This document shows, one piece after another, positions 16,545 through 25,163 of a stretch of 64,000 nt of DNA; position 1 is the stretch's first letter; each line of letters opens with the position of its first letter. Below the pieces are notes generated by a model. It ran no database searches. It saw only the letters and a list, made by a program, of their open reading frames with translations, and was not told the DNA's origin. The position numbers and the translations under genes are program-made. Source of the DNA: Candidatus Saccharimonadota bacterium (lineage in GTDB: Bacteria > Patescibacteriota > Saccharimonadia > Saccharimonadales > UBA10212); the NCBI GenBank assembly GCA_016187175.1, contig JACPKG010000002.1, forward strand, positions 12,922 to 76,921. Direction: 5' to 3'.

Positions 16545-18680
16545 GTGAATAAAGGTGTTGACTTCCTACTGAAAGACTTGAATCCAGAGCAGGCCAGGGC
16601 GGTACGGACCACTGAAGGCCCGGTTTTAATTCTAGCCGGTGCCGGCAGCGGCAAAACCAAGACCCTAACCCACCGGATTGCCTACTTGTTGGCAACTGGC
16701 AAAGCCACCCCCTTTGACATATTGGCCGTCACTTTTACTAACAAAGCTGCTGGCGAAATACGCGAACGGGTAGCCAAATTGCTGGGCAGCGATTCCCAGA
16801 ACCGCAGCTTTATGCCCTTTATGGGGACGTTTCACTCGATCTGTGTTCGGTTACTACGACGTGACGGCCAGGCTGTTGGTATACCCAGCAACTTCGTAAT
16901 CTGGGATGAGGGCGATCGGCTGGCGGCTATAAAACAAGTTGCCAAAAGTTTGGCTGTTGACGAAAAAAAATATCCAGCCCGCCTACTAGTGTCACTGATT
17001 AGCGGCGCTAAAAACGAGATGGTGGGGCCTGGTGAATTTGCCGAGACTGCTTCGTCGCCGACCGGCCGGGTGGCGGCCAAAGTTTTTAGAGCCTATGAAG
17101 ACCTGCTGGCCCAAAACGGAGCCCTGGATTTTGATGATTTGATTAGCCGGACGGTTAAATTGCTATCCAGCCAAAAACTGATTCGCGGCAAATGGCAAAC
17201 TCAGTTCCGCTACATCATGATTGATGAATACCAGGACACCAACACGGCCCAGTACCAATTAGTTAAGTTACTAACCGGACCGCAGCATAACATTGCGGTT
17301 TGCGGTGACGACTGGCAATCAATCTATATGTGGCGCGGTGCTGACTTTCGTAACATCCTTAACTTTGAGAACGATTTTAACAACTGCACACTCATCAAAC
17401 TGGAACAAAATTATCGCAGCACCAAAAATATCCTAGACGCGGCCCATAATGTCATCAGCCAAAACCGCCAAAGGAGTAACAAGAAACTATGGACCGCCGC
17501 GGCTGGCGGTTCACCAGTGCAGATTCTGCAAGTTGGCAGCGAACGATTCGAAGCCGAAGCTTTGGCCAGAAGGATTAGTGCGGCCGTTGATATAAAGCTC
17601 CGCCAATTTAAAGATTTCGCAGTTTTATACAGGACCAATGCCCAAAGCCGCCCTATAGAGGAAGTTTTTGTCCGTTTTGGCATCCCTTACCGCATTGTTG
17701 GCGGTGTGCGTTTTTACGACCGTAAAGAAATTAAAGACATCCTGGCCTATTTACGCCTGATTTATCAGCCGGATGACTCCATCAGCTTTGAGCGGATCGT
17801 GAACGTGCCGACTCGCGGACTAGGCGCAAAGTCATTGCTTAGTTTTCAGCAGTGGCGGGTCAAAAATAGATATTCCCAGCTCGAGGCACTAAACAAGATT
17901 CGGCAGAACGAGGCATTGACTCCCAAAGCCCGGGCTGGCTTCGCCAACCTGGCGGGTGTCATCACTGACTTCAATGCCCAGATGGACGAACTAGCACCCG
18001 CACATCTAATAGACAGCCTAATCCGCCGGTTGGACTACCTGCATTATCTACAGGACGGGACGCCACAGGGTGAAGCCAGAATAGAAAACGTTAAGGAGCT
18101 CTTAAGCGTTGCGGCCCAGTATCAAGACGGGGGGCTGGATGGTTTTTTGGAGGAAGTCTCCTTGCTTTCGGATATTGATCAAGCTGACTTAAACTCCGAT
18201 GCCGTGATACTAATGACGCTGCATTCAGCCAAAGGCCTAGAATTTCCAGTAGTCTTCATAACGGGTCTAGAAGAAAATGTCTTACCACATAGCCGGGCGC
18301 TTTATGAGGCGGCAGAGATGGAGGAAGAACGCAGACTAATGTATGTTGGCATGACCCGGGCCAAGGAAGAGCTGTTTTTAACCTACGCTACCTCGCGCAC
18401 ACTTTACGGCGGCCGCGGCTCAAACCTGCCCAGCCGCTTTTTGGCTGATATCGAAGCTGTCACGTCCACAGCTCCAGCTCTGGAGATGGCCCAACCCGGA
18501 GCGTTCGATAAATCCGAGCCCAGGTACGTGTTAGACCTATCCGAAGGTGATGGAGTTAAGCATAGGGTCTTTGGCACTGGCACAGTGCTGGAGCTGGAAG
18601 GGGAAACCGCAACTGTCTATTTCAAGGGACAAGGTACCAAACGGCTGAATATAGCCTTCGCTCCTTTAGAAAAGTTATAA
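16545..18680 (+). CDS. pcrA: ATP-dependent DNA helicase PcrA/UvrD
   Basis: AGAGSGKT, DEYQDTN, GDDWQSIY, NYRS, TLHSAKGLEF, EEERRLMYVGMTRA motifs. Confidence 0.95.
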   Translation: MNKGVDFLLKDLNPEQARAVRTTEGPVLILAGAGSGKTKTLTHRIAYLLATGKATPFDILAVTFTNKAAGEIRERVAKLLGSDSQNRSFMPFMGTFHSICVRLLRRDGQAVGIPSNFVIWDEGDRLAAIKQVAKSLAVDEKKYPARLLVSLISGAKNEMVGPGEFAETASSPTGRVAAKVFRAYEDLLAQNGALDFDDLISRTVKLLSSQKLIRGKWQTQFRYIMIDEYQDTNTAQYQLVKLLTGPQHNIAVCGDDWQSIYMWRGADFRNILNFENDFNNCTLIKLEQNYRSTKNILDAAHNVISQNRQRSNKKLWTAAAGGSPVQILQVGSERFEAEALARRISAAVDIKLRQFKDFAVLYRTNAQSRPIEEVFVRFGIPYRIVGGVRFYDRKEIKDILAYLRLIYQPDDSISFERIVNVPTRGLGAKSLLSFQQWRVKNRYSQLEALNKIRQNEALTPKARAGFANLAGVITDFNAQMDELAPAHLIDSLIRRLDYLHYLQDGTPQGEARIENVKELLSVAAQYQDGGLDGFLEEVSLLSDIDQADLNSDAVILMTLHSAKGLEFPVVFITGLEENVLPHSRALYEAAEMEEERRLMYVGMTRAKEELFLTYATSRTLYGGRGSNLPSRFLADIEAVTSTAPALEMAQPGAFDKSEPRYVLDLSEGDGVKHRVFGTGTVLELEGETATVYFKGQGTKRLNIAFAPLEKL

Positions 18681-18744
18681 CCATTAAAAGGGGTCCGACT
18701 TTGTTTTATCCGAGCTCGGACCCTTTATAATTAGATGAAGTTTC

Positions 18745-19971
18745 ATGAAGTTACTGCGTCACAAAATCTCCAAACGCTATAAAGCCGCTCAAGCTAGTGG
18801 CAAGCGGCAGGTCAAGCAACGTCCATACATTATCCCGATTTTGGGTCTGGTGCTTGGTTTTATCATAGTCGCCGCGGCTCTGCTGGGCGGTAACGGCAAG
18901 ACACTGCGGCCTAGTGAAGCGCACGTGGTTTTTTTGTTTGATAAGGGTGATCGCCAAGTGATTGATACTAAGGCCAAAACCGTCGGCGACATGTTAGGCA
19001 AATTGCCCCTGCACTTGATTCCCGAAGACGTGGTTGAACCAAGCCTGGACACGCCAATCCCGGAAGATAATTTTAGGGTTAACATCTACCGCGCCCGGCC
19101 GGTGACGGTTGTTGATAGCGGCCGTAAAATTGTAACCCTGACAGCCCAAAAAAGCCCGCGGGTAGTGGCTCAAAACGCCGGTCTAGATCTTAATCCGGAA
19201 GACTTGGCAACTTTTGATCAAGGTCACCTGGAAGAGAACGTTATCGGCGAAAAGGTTGTGGTTGCCCGAGCCACACCGGTTAGTCTTAATCTCTACGGTG
19301 CCCAGTTGACCACTTACACCCAGGCAACCAATGTAGAGCAATTTTTGGCCGAAAAAAGGATCGAGTTAGAGCATGGAGAAACCGTCCAGCCGGCGAAGGA
19401 TACGCCGATTACTCCCAACCTGCCGGTTTTTGTGCTGCGCAAAGACGCCAAAATCGTCACTGCCGAAGAGCCAGTAGCCCCGCCCGAGCAGATTGTCAAC
19501 GATCCGTCTTTAAGCTTCGGCACAACAGTTGTTCGTCAACAAGGCGCCCCCGGTAAAAAGGTTTTAACCTACATTTTGCAAACCGATGCGGCCGGTAAAG
19601 AAATTTCCCGGCAGGTTTTGCAAGAAGTTATTTTGCAGGACCCGGTGCCGCAAATTACTGCCAGGGGGAGTACAGTGGCTATCGCCAGCGATAAAACCGG
19701 ACTCATGGCGGCAGCCGGCATCTCGCCCGGGGACTACGCCTATGCTAACTACATCGTCAGCCGCGAATCCAACTGGCGGGTTACCGCCCAAAACGCCTCC
19801 GGGGCGTACGGCCTATGCCAGGCCTTGCCGGGCAGCAAGATGGCCAGTGCCGGTGGAGACTGGCAGGCTAACCCGGTCACGCAGCTGCGCTGGTGTAATG
19901 GATATGCTCGCGAAAGATATGGTGGCTGGGGCGGCGCCTACAATTTTTGGTTGAATAATCGCTATTGGTAG
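18745..19971 (+). CDS. RpfB/YabE-like protein: DUF348 repeats, G5 domain, lysozyme-like transglycosylase
   Basis: TM; T.A.TVGD-type repeats; G5-like VVRQQGAPG; IVSRESNW...SGAYGLCQALP; directly upstream of rsmA. Confidence 0.85.
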   Translation: MKLLRHKISKRYKAAQASGKRQVKQRPYIIPILGLVLGFIIVAAALLGGNGKTLRPSEAHVVFLFDKGDRQVIDTKAKTVGDMLGKLPLHLIPEDVVEPSLDTPIPEDNFRVNIYRARPVTVVDSGRKIVTLTAQKSPRVVAQNAGLDLNPEDLATFDQGHLEENVIGEKVVVARATPVSLNLYGAQLTTYTQATNVEQFLAEKRIELEHGETVQPAKDTPITPNLPVFVLRKDAKIVTAEEPVAPPEQIVNDPSLSFGTTVVRQQGAPGKKVLTYILQTDAAGKEISRQVLQEVILQDPVPQITARGSTVAIASDKTGLMAAAGISPGDYAYANYIVSRESNWRVTAQNASGAYGLCQALPGSKMASAGGDWQANPVTQLRWCNGYARERYGGWGGAYNFWLNNRYW

Positions 19972-19973
19972 GT

Positions 19974-20786
19974 ATGGAATTTACCAAGAAATCCTTAGGT
20001 CAGCACTGGTTGCATGACGAAACGGCCCTCAACCACATATGTGATAGGTCTAACCTATCACAAGATGATACGGTGCTGGAAATTGGGCCAGGCACAGGCA
20101 CACTAACGGCCAAACTACTGAAAAGGGGCGCCAAAGTTGTGGCTGTAGAGAAAGATGAAACTCTCGCCGCAAAGCTTCACAACCTACGGGTACGACCCGT
20201 AGATTCTACGGGTCGTACCCGTAGAAGACAACTATCAGTGGTGGAGGGGGATATTTTGCAATTTGATCTGACTCGGTTACCGGCAGACTATAAGGTCGTT
20301 GCTAATATTCCCTATTATCTGACCAGCAATTTGCTAAGGTACCTCTCCGAGTCTATAAACCCGCCTTCGCTAATGGTGTTGCTCCTCCAGAAGGAAGTTG
20401 CGCAAAGGATTGCCGTCCAGCCGGGTCAAATGAGCTTGCTATCTGTTAGCGTCCAACTTTATTACGAACCGGAGCTAGGCAGGATTATTCCGGCCAGACT
20501 TTTTACGCCGCCGCCAAAAGTCGACTCCCAAGTTGTGATTCTTCGTCGCCTCCCCGTTACAAGGATTATCCTTGTAGCAAACGAGGTGGATGGGTTTATG
20601 AAGGTGGTCAAGGCTGGCTTTTCACAGCGCCGAAAAAAACTGCGCAGCAGCTTGTCCGGCGGGCTTGGGATTACGAAGGAACAAGCCGACGACTTACTAA
20701 AAAAGGCCGGCATCAACCCCAACACCCGCGCCCAAGAACTCTCCCTTCAGGAATGGTACAAATTATGCAAAAAGCTCATCGGGTGA
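19974..20786 (+). CDS. rsmA: 16S rRNA m6,2A dimethyltransferase, carrying three palindromic repeats in frame
   Basis: KKSLGQHWL, VLEIGPGTG, VVANIPYYLTS, QKEVAQR, FTPPPKVDS, FSQRRK motifs. Confidence 0.95.
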   Translation: MEFTKKSLGQHWLHDETALNHICDRSNLSQDDTVLEIGPGTGTLTAKLLKRGAKVVAVEKDETLAAKLHNLRVRPVDSTGRTRRRQLSVVEGDILQFDLTRLPADYKVVANIPYYLTSNLLRYLSESINPPSLMVLLLQKEVAQRIAVQPGQMSLLSVSVQLYYEPELGRIIPARLFTPPPKVDSQVVILRRLPVTRIILVANEVDGFMKVVKAGFSQRRKKLRSSLSGGLGITKEQADDLLKKAGINPNTRAQELSLQEWYKLCKKLIG

Positions 20787-20803
20787 CGCGGTAGGAGGGC
20801 ACA

Positions 20804-20871
20804 CCAACAGCCCGCAGGTGAGAGCTGACACCGAGGACTGTTTTGGAGGTTGCCTGGAGCGGCAGGACCCG
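20804..20871 (+). repeat. Dispersed ~65-nt element, copy 1
   Basis: CCAACaGCCCGCAGGT..GAGCTGAcACCGAGGACTGTT..GGAGGT.GCCTGGAgCGGCAGGACCCG, near-identical to 59398-59462. Confidence 0.8.
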
Positions 20872-20911
20872 ATGGGCTTGAAAAATTCTGACTTCCCTAG
20901 TCTTCTTAAAA

Positions 20912-20931
20912 ATACTTGACTAGTCAAGTAT
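20912..20931. promoter_or_regulatory. Perfect palindrome ATACTTGACTAGTCAAGTAT (possible MarR operator or REP)
   Basis: Contains TTGACT upstream of the marR gene; a second copy lies at 55793-55818. Confidence 0.55.
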
Positions 20932-20951
20932 CTGTGCCGTATGCTTACGGC

Positions 20952-21386
20952 ATGAAAACAATAAAAAAACGGGGGACTTACACCCCTCTCACTTCCCTGC
21001 ACCGCTTGGAGTTTATTTTACAACATAAATCAGATTCGCTACTGCGCGATTCTTTAGGGGTAGGTTTTGGCCAAGTGCAAATAATGCAAGCCCTGCACCG
21101 CTCGGTCCCACTCACCCAACGCGCTGTGGCCGTTAAGCTGCATCAAACAGAGGCCAATGTCAGCCGTCAGCTCCAGCTTCTTAAGAAAAAGGGACTAGTT
21201 AATATCACCCGTAATAAAAAAGATAAGCGTCTGCGCGAAACTTCTCTAACCGCTAAAGGTCAGCAAACATTTGCAAAAGCCGAGAAAATTCTATCTGCCC
21301 AGCACAAAGAACTGCTGAAAATGGTAGATGACCGCGACGTTAAAGCCCTAGACCGCGCCGTCTCCCACCTATTAAAAGCCCTTTAG
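20952..21386 (+). CDS. MarR-family transcriptional regulator
   Basis: LTQRAVAVKLHQTEANVSRQLQLLKKKGLV...DKR...LTAKG winged helix. Confidence 0.9.
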   Translation: MKTIKKRGTYTPLTSLHRLEFILQHKSDSLLRDSLGVGFGQVQIMQALHRSVPLTQRAVAVKLHQTEANVSRQLQLLKKKGLVNITRNKKDKRLRETSLTAKGQQTFAKAEKILSAQHKELLKMVDDRDVKALDRAVSHLLKAL

Positions 21387-21480
21387 TAAGTGAGCGAAAT
21401 AAACATAATCGGGTCTTGTCAAGTCCAGCCAAAACTGCTATAATGTAACTGTACCTTAAGGTTTGAGAAATCTCTCGCCG

Positions 21481-21597
21481 AAAATGCACAAGGCGAACAT
21501 AGTACAAGGAAGAAACGAGTAGCGGAGCAAGCTGTATTTGACATACAGTAAGCGAGCAGCTCGAGTTTCTGACGCAGCAATGTGCCGTAAGCGTTTT
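21481..21597. repeat. ~117-nt nested imperfect palindrome (RPE-like element) upstream of tmRNA
   Basis: AAAATGC/GCGTTTT, GGC..ACAT/ATGTGCC, GAAACGAG/CTCGAGTTTC and CTGTAT/ATACAG stems. Confidence 0.5.
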
Positions 21598-21646
21598 GGA
21601 ATGATGGATTCATTCTGTCATCCATAAAGGCGGTTGCGCGGTTTCG

Positions 21647-22062
21647 GGGGCTGATTTTAGCTCGACGGTGTTCTTTTACAAGCTAATTCGCAGGTCGGAG
21701 TGCACTGAACGTTATCCGGTGCAAACAAATTAAATGCAATAGCATTTTTATCTGGCGGTGCATTACTTGCATTCGCCAAAAAGCGATTCGTCAACCCTTT
21801 CCGGGGTTTGGCCTTCGCACCAGCTTACGTCTAAACTCGTAAGCCGCGCTTGGTTCGACATCAGATAGAACTATCGGCGTGTCATATCATCTGGTTGCTC
21901 GAGGCTTACTTTCCATAAGACTCGTTAAGATTTCGGAATAGGGAATGCGGCTTTTTGGCCGTTTATCGGTCGCGTTTCCAAAAAATTTCAAATGGCCTAA
22001 ACCTGTAGAAGACTAGCTAAGTACAACATCGGACCCGGTTGCAATCACCGGCAGCTCCACCA
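21647..22062 (+). ncRNA. ssrA: tmRNA
   Basis: 5' GGGGCTGA...TCGAC; 3' GGACCCGGTTGCAATCACCGGCAGCTCCACCA with G3-U pair; TAAAT-GCA resume context; tag ORF at 21736-21834. Confidence 0.92.
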
Positions 22063-22239
22063 CAAAAACATCAACCCAAGTGTTGGTGTTTTTTTGATGT
22101 GGGATGATAATAAAGAAATAAAATATATAATAGAGCTATCGGCAAACTTGGCGAGGGCTATTATTAAAATCCTGGCAAAAAAGTTAAGAATCCATGAGAA
22201 AATCGGTCCATAACATAGTAAAAAATTTAGGCGGGTAAA

Positions 22240-22653
22240 ATGGGTAGGACTGGCATAATCGTAACTGGTATTATTGGGGCAGCCTTAGTAGTGGCGGCCA
22301 TCATAGCCTTTGGCCAGAAAGACGAAGAGGCTACTCCACCTCCGGCGGCCAACACCAGCAGCACAGCACTACAGTCGGAAACAGCAACAACTACTATCAC
22401 CTATAACGGCAGTTCATTTAGTCCCAATCAGGCGACTGTTAAAAAAGGCGACACTGTAGTTTTTAAAAATGACTCCTCGCAAGCTATTCAGATCCAATCT
22501 AACCCTCATCCGATTCACTCCGATATGCCAGAACTAAATATAGGCTTGATTGAGGCTGGCCAGAGCCAAAGTATTACTTTAAGTAGTATTGGTTCCTGGG
22601 GCTATCATAACCACTTAAACCCTACTCAAACCGCCACCATAATCATACGTTAG
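22240..22653 (+). CDS. Cupredoxin-domain membrane-anchored protein
   Basis: TM, FSPNQATVKKGDTVVFKN, SNPHPIH and WGYHNHL motifs. Confidence 0.82.
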   Translation: MGRTGIIVTGIIGAALVVAAIIAFGQKDEEATPPPAANTSSTALQSETATTTITYNGSSFSPNQATVKKGDTVVFKNDSSQAIQIQSNPHPIHSDMPELNIGLIEAGQSQSITLSSIGSWGYHNHLNPTQTATIIIR

Positions 22654-22665
22654 CTTAAAAAACTC

Positions 22666-22832
22666 TTGCATTATTCTTCCTCAGTAGGTATAAACTTACA
22701 CATGGTTTCTGCACGCGTCTTTACAGGTCTCATTATTCTCGTCTCACGAGATAATGCTGTAATCCGAGTAAGTTAGCCACAAGTAACAATCAAGCAAACA
22801 AGAAGAACCGGATTAAGCAGTCCGGTTTTTTT
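22666..22832 (+). promoter_or_regulatory. Promoter, leader peptide (22702-22776, MVSARVFTGLIILVSRDNAVIRVS) and attenuator terminator
   Basis: TTGCAT-N17-TATAAA; hairpin inside the leader; TAATCCG complementary to CGGATTA in terminator AACCGGA...TCCGGTTTTTTT. Confidence 0.65.
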
Positions 22833-22980
22833 GTTGCCCCATCCCTCACCTTTTTCACTACGGGAGGTGAGGGACGGGGCAATGAACCTGCGGTGATGAA
22901 TCGCAGGCCAAGCTCCGGAAGAAACGGGGCCCGCCAACATGAGGCGGGTTGTACCACACAACTTGAGAAGGGAGGAGCAA

Positions 22981-23184
22981 ATGGGAAAAAGGATTCACCC
23001 GCTGGCTCTCGCGGCCGCAGAGTGCTTCCTTTGTGGCGACCAGCCACAGGGGCGGCGCTTCTACCGCAGGCTTGGCTCCTGCGTCTCGGCCCGAGAGCTC
23101 AAACGTCAGATGTCTGCGGCCAAGGCCGAGGTCCGCCTGCGGATCAAGCAGCAGGCGGCAATGGAGGCCGCAACCACGTCCTAA
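22981..23184 (+). CDS. High-GC small hypothetical protein (67 aa, CxxC)
   Basis: SD GGAGGAG before ATG 22981; MGKRIHPLALAAAECFLCGD... Confidence 0.6.
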   Translation: MGKRIHPLALAAAECFLCGDQPQGRRFYRRLGSCVSARELKRQMSAAKAEVRLRIKQQAAMEAATTS

Positions 23185-23218
23185 GGAGTACAACTCTTTC
23201 TAGGAGTAGGAGGCAAGC

Positions 23219-23569
23219 ATGACAAATGAAGTTGCTGTTGACTTCGACAAGGAGCTCAGCGTTATCAGCGAAACAGACGGCCCCCGGGCTGTCGCCGCCC
23301 TGATGGTAGACTACTACCGTCAACATGGTAAGGTCTACAGCGAGGCGCTTCGGCGTCTCGCAGCGGCCGTCGACGAGCACGAGATCAAGGCACTGCTTCG
23401 TGACGTCGGCCTTCCCGATGCCATGATGGCGCACGCGCTGCTCCGGGCTCAGGAGGGCTCGGATGAGTATGCGCGCCGGATCATCGCGCGCGTCAGCCGC
23501 GCCTTCGGCGAGCAGTGTCTACGCCACCTAGATGATAAGTACGGCGTGACGGCGCAGCTCAACGGCTAG
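23219..23569 (+). CDS. High-GC helical hypothetical protein (116 aa)
   Basis: SD AGGAGG; strong GC3 bias. Confidence 0.7.
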   Translation: MTNEVAVDFDKELSVISETDGPRAVAALMVDYYRQHGKVYSEALRRLAAAVDEHEIKALLRDVGLPDAMMAHALLRAQEGSDEYARRIIARVSRAFGEQCLRHLDDKYGVTAQLNG

Positions 23570-23588
23570 CTAGGCGCGGAGTCTTCTG

Positions 23589-23615
23589 GGGTGGCCCGCC
23601 GCAGGCGGGCCACCC
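23589..23615 (+). terminator. GC-rich hairpin closing cassette 2
   Basis: GGGTGGCCCGCC-GCA-GGCGGGCCACCC. Confidence 0.6.
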
Positions 23616-23708
23616 TCGCCCCACGTGGGCTCCTCCCTTCTTTTCAACCTTTTAGCCCGTAAATTATTTCACTGACAGCTAAAATAGAGTAGTCTAGAGT
23701 TTAGCGTC

Positions 23709-25001
23709 ATGGTCTTACCTAAACCAAAACTAAACCTAAGCTTTAAAAATAAAATTCCGCTGCTGCCCAAGCCGGGTTATGAGAGACTAAGCGCCGCAGA
23801 TGTTGAACCGGCGAGGCGCTACATTGCCAAATACTGGCCCCGGCTAACCCGCTTTCACCCTAAGGACAAAGACAGCCTAATAGGTTTGCCAAAACCTTAT
23901 CTTGTCCCGGCCCACGAGCTAGACCATGAATTCGATTTTAACGAGCTCTATTACTGGGATAGCTACTTTATGGCGCAGGGGCTGCTCGATGATTCCCACA
24001 AAGAACTAGTGACGGGTATTTTAGACGATTTGCTTAATTTGTTTGAGCGATTTGGGATTGTACCCAATGCTTCGCGCACCTACATGACCAGCCGTTCCAA
24101 CCCGCCGCTACTTAGCAGTTTTATTTTGGATGTTTATAAGGCCTACAAACCAGAGAAAGATTGGCTTAAGCAAGCCATTAAAGTTGCCCAGCAAGAATAT
24201 AAAACCGTTTGGATGGGCACCCAAAAACCTAACGCCCGCCAAGTTTACGAGGGCCTGAGCCGATATTATGATTTAAACTACCTTCAGGACATAGCCGAAG
24301 CCGAAAGCGGTTGGGACTATACGCCACGCTTTAGCCACAAAGCATTGGATTTTTTGCCGGTGGACCTAAACTCACTGCTTTATAAATACGAAAAAGACTT
24401 TGCCTACGTAGACAAACTGCTTGATCGGCAAAAAACTGCCCATGAATGGGATCGGGCGGCGCACCAGCGGCAAATAACCATGAACCGGCTGATGTGGAGC
24501 GATCTGCGTGGTTTATATTACGACTACAATTACGTAAAAGAAAAACGGGGCAGCGTTAGCTCGCTGGCAGCCTACTACCCGATGTGGGCTGGTCTGGCTA
24601 GTCAAAAACAAGCCGAGCGGCTGGTTAACTCGCTTAAAAAGTTTGAGAATAAAGGCGGCCTGGCTACTACTGATGCGCCGCAGGTAGAACGGCTGATACC
24701 TGGGGCCTTTCCGACGCAGTGGGCTTACCCTAATGGTTGGGCGCCGCTGCACTTTATTGTGATTAAGGGCCTGCAAAACTATGGTTATAATGACGATGCT
24801 CGACGCATTGCACTCAAATGGCTAAAGACTAACTTGGACTGGTTTAATAAACACGGCGTTTTTTTGGAAAAGTATAACGTCGTGCAGCCTGGCAAACCTC
24901 CGGCTAAAGGTGTTTATCCCAGCCAGACCGGTTTTGGCTGGACTAATTCAGTTTTCGAAGTCTTCTGCCGCGAGTTTATAGACATCCCCACACCGCACTA
25001 G
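23709..25001 (+). CDS. Alpha,alpha-trehalase (GH37)
   Basis: ELYYWDSYF, PNASRTY..RSNPP, AESGWD, PVDLNS, QWAYPNGWAP, EKYNV, QTGFGWTN motifs. Confidence 0.92.
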   Translation: MVLPKPKLNLSFKNKIPLLPKPGYERLSAADVEPARRYIAKYWPRLTRFHPKDKDSLIGLPKPYLVPAHELDHEFDFNELYYWDSYFMAQGLLDDSHKELVTGILDDLLNLFERFGIVPNASRTYMTSRSNPPLLSSFILDVYKAYKPEKDWLKQAIKVAQQEYKTVWMGTQKPNARQVYEGLSRYYDLNYLQDIAEAESGWDYTPRFSHKALDFLPVDLNSLLYKYEKDFAYVDKLLDRQKTAHEWDRAAHQRQITMNRLMWSDLRGLYYDYNYVKEKRGSVSSLAAYYPMWAGLASQKQAERLVNSLKKFENKGGLATTDAPQVERLIPGAFPTQWAYPNGWAPLHFIVIKGLQNYGYNDDARRIALKWLKTNLDWFNKHGVFLEKYNVVQPGKPPAKGVYPSQTGFGWTNSVFEVFCREFIDIPTPH

Positions 25002-25163
25002 CCTGCCGTTCCGCCTGCGGCGGACCGCACCGACTAGCGCTTCTGGCGCACTGCTATGTCAGAAACTGCGCTGCTCGCTCGCTGTATTGCATATACAGCT
25101 TGCTCCGTTGCTCGTTTCTTCCTTGCATTGCATCCAGGTATGGGGCTGTCTATATTTAGAGGG

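Noticed and set aside
18530-18541. GTTAGACCTATC in pcrA as another REP-A
   Set aside because: Only 12 nt with no left arm; it could be chance or decay and I cannot tell.
21419-21625. 68-aa minus-strand ORF before tmRNA
   Set aside because: Runs through the palindromic element, antisense to the ssrA promoter region, with no protein features.
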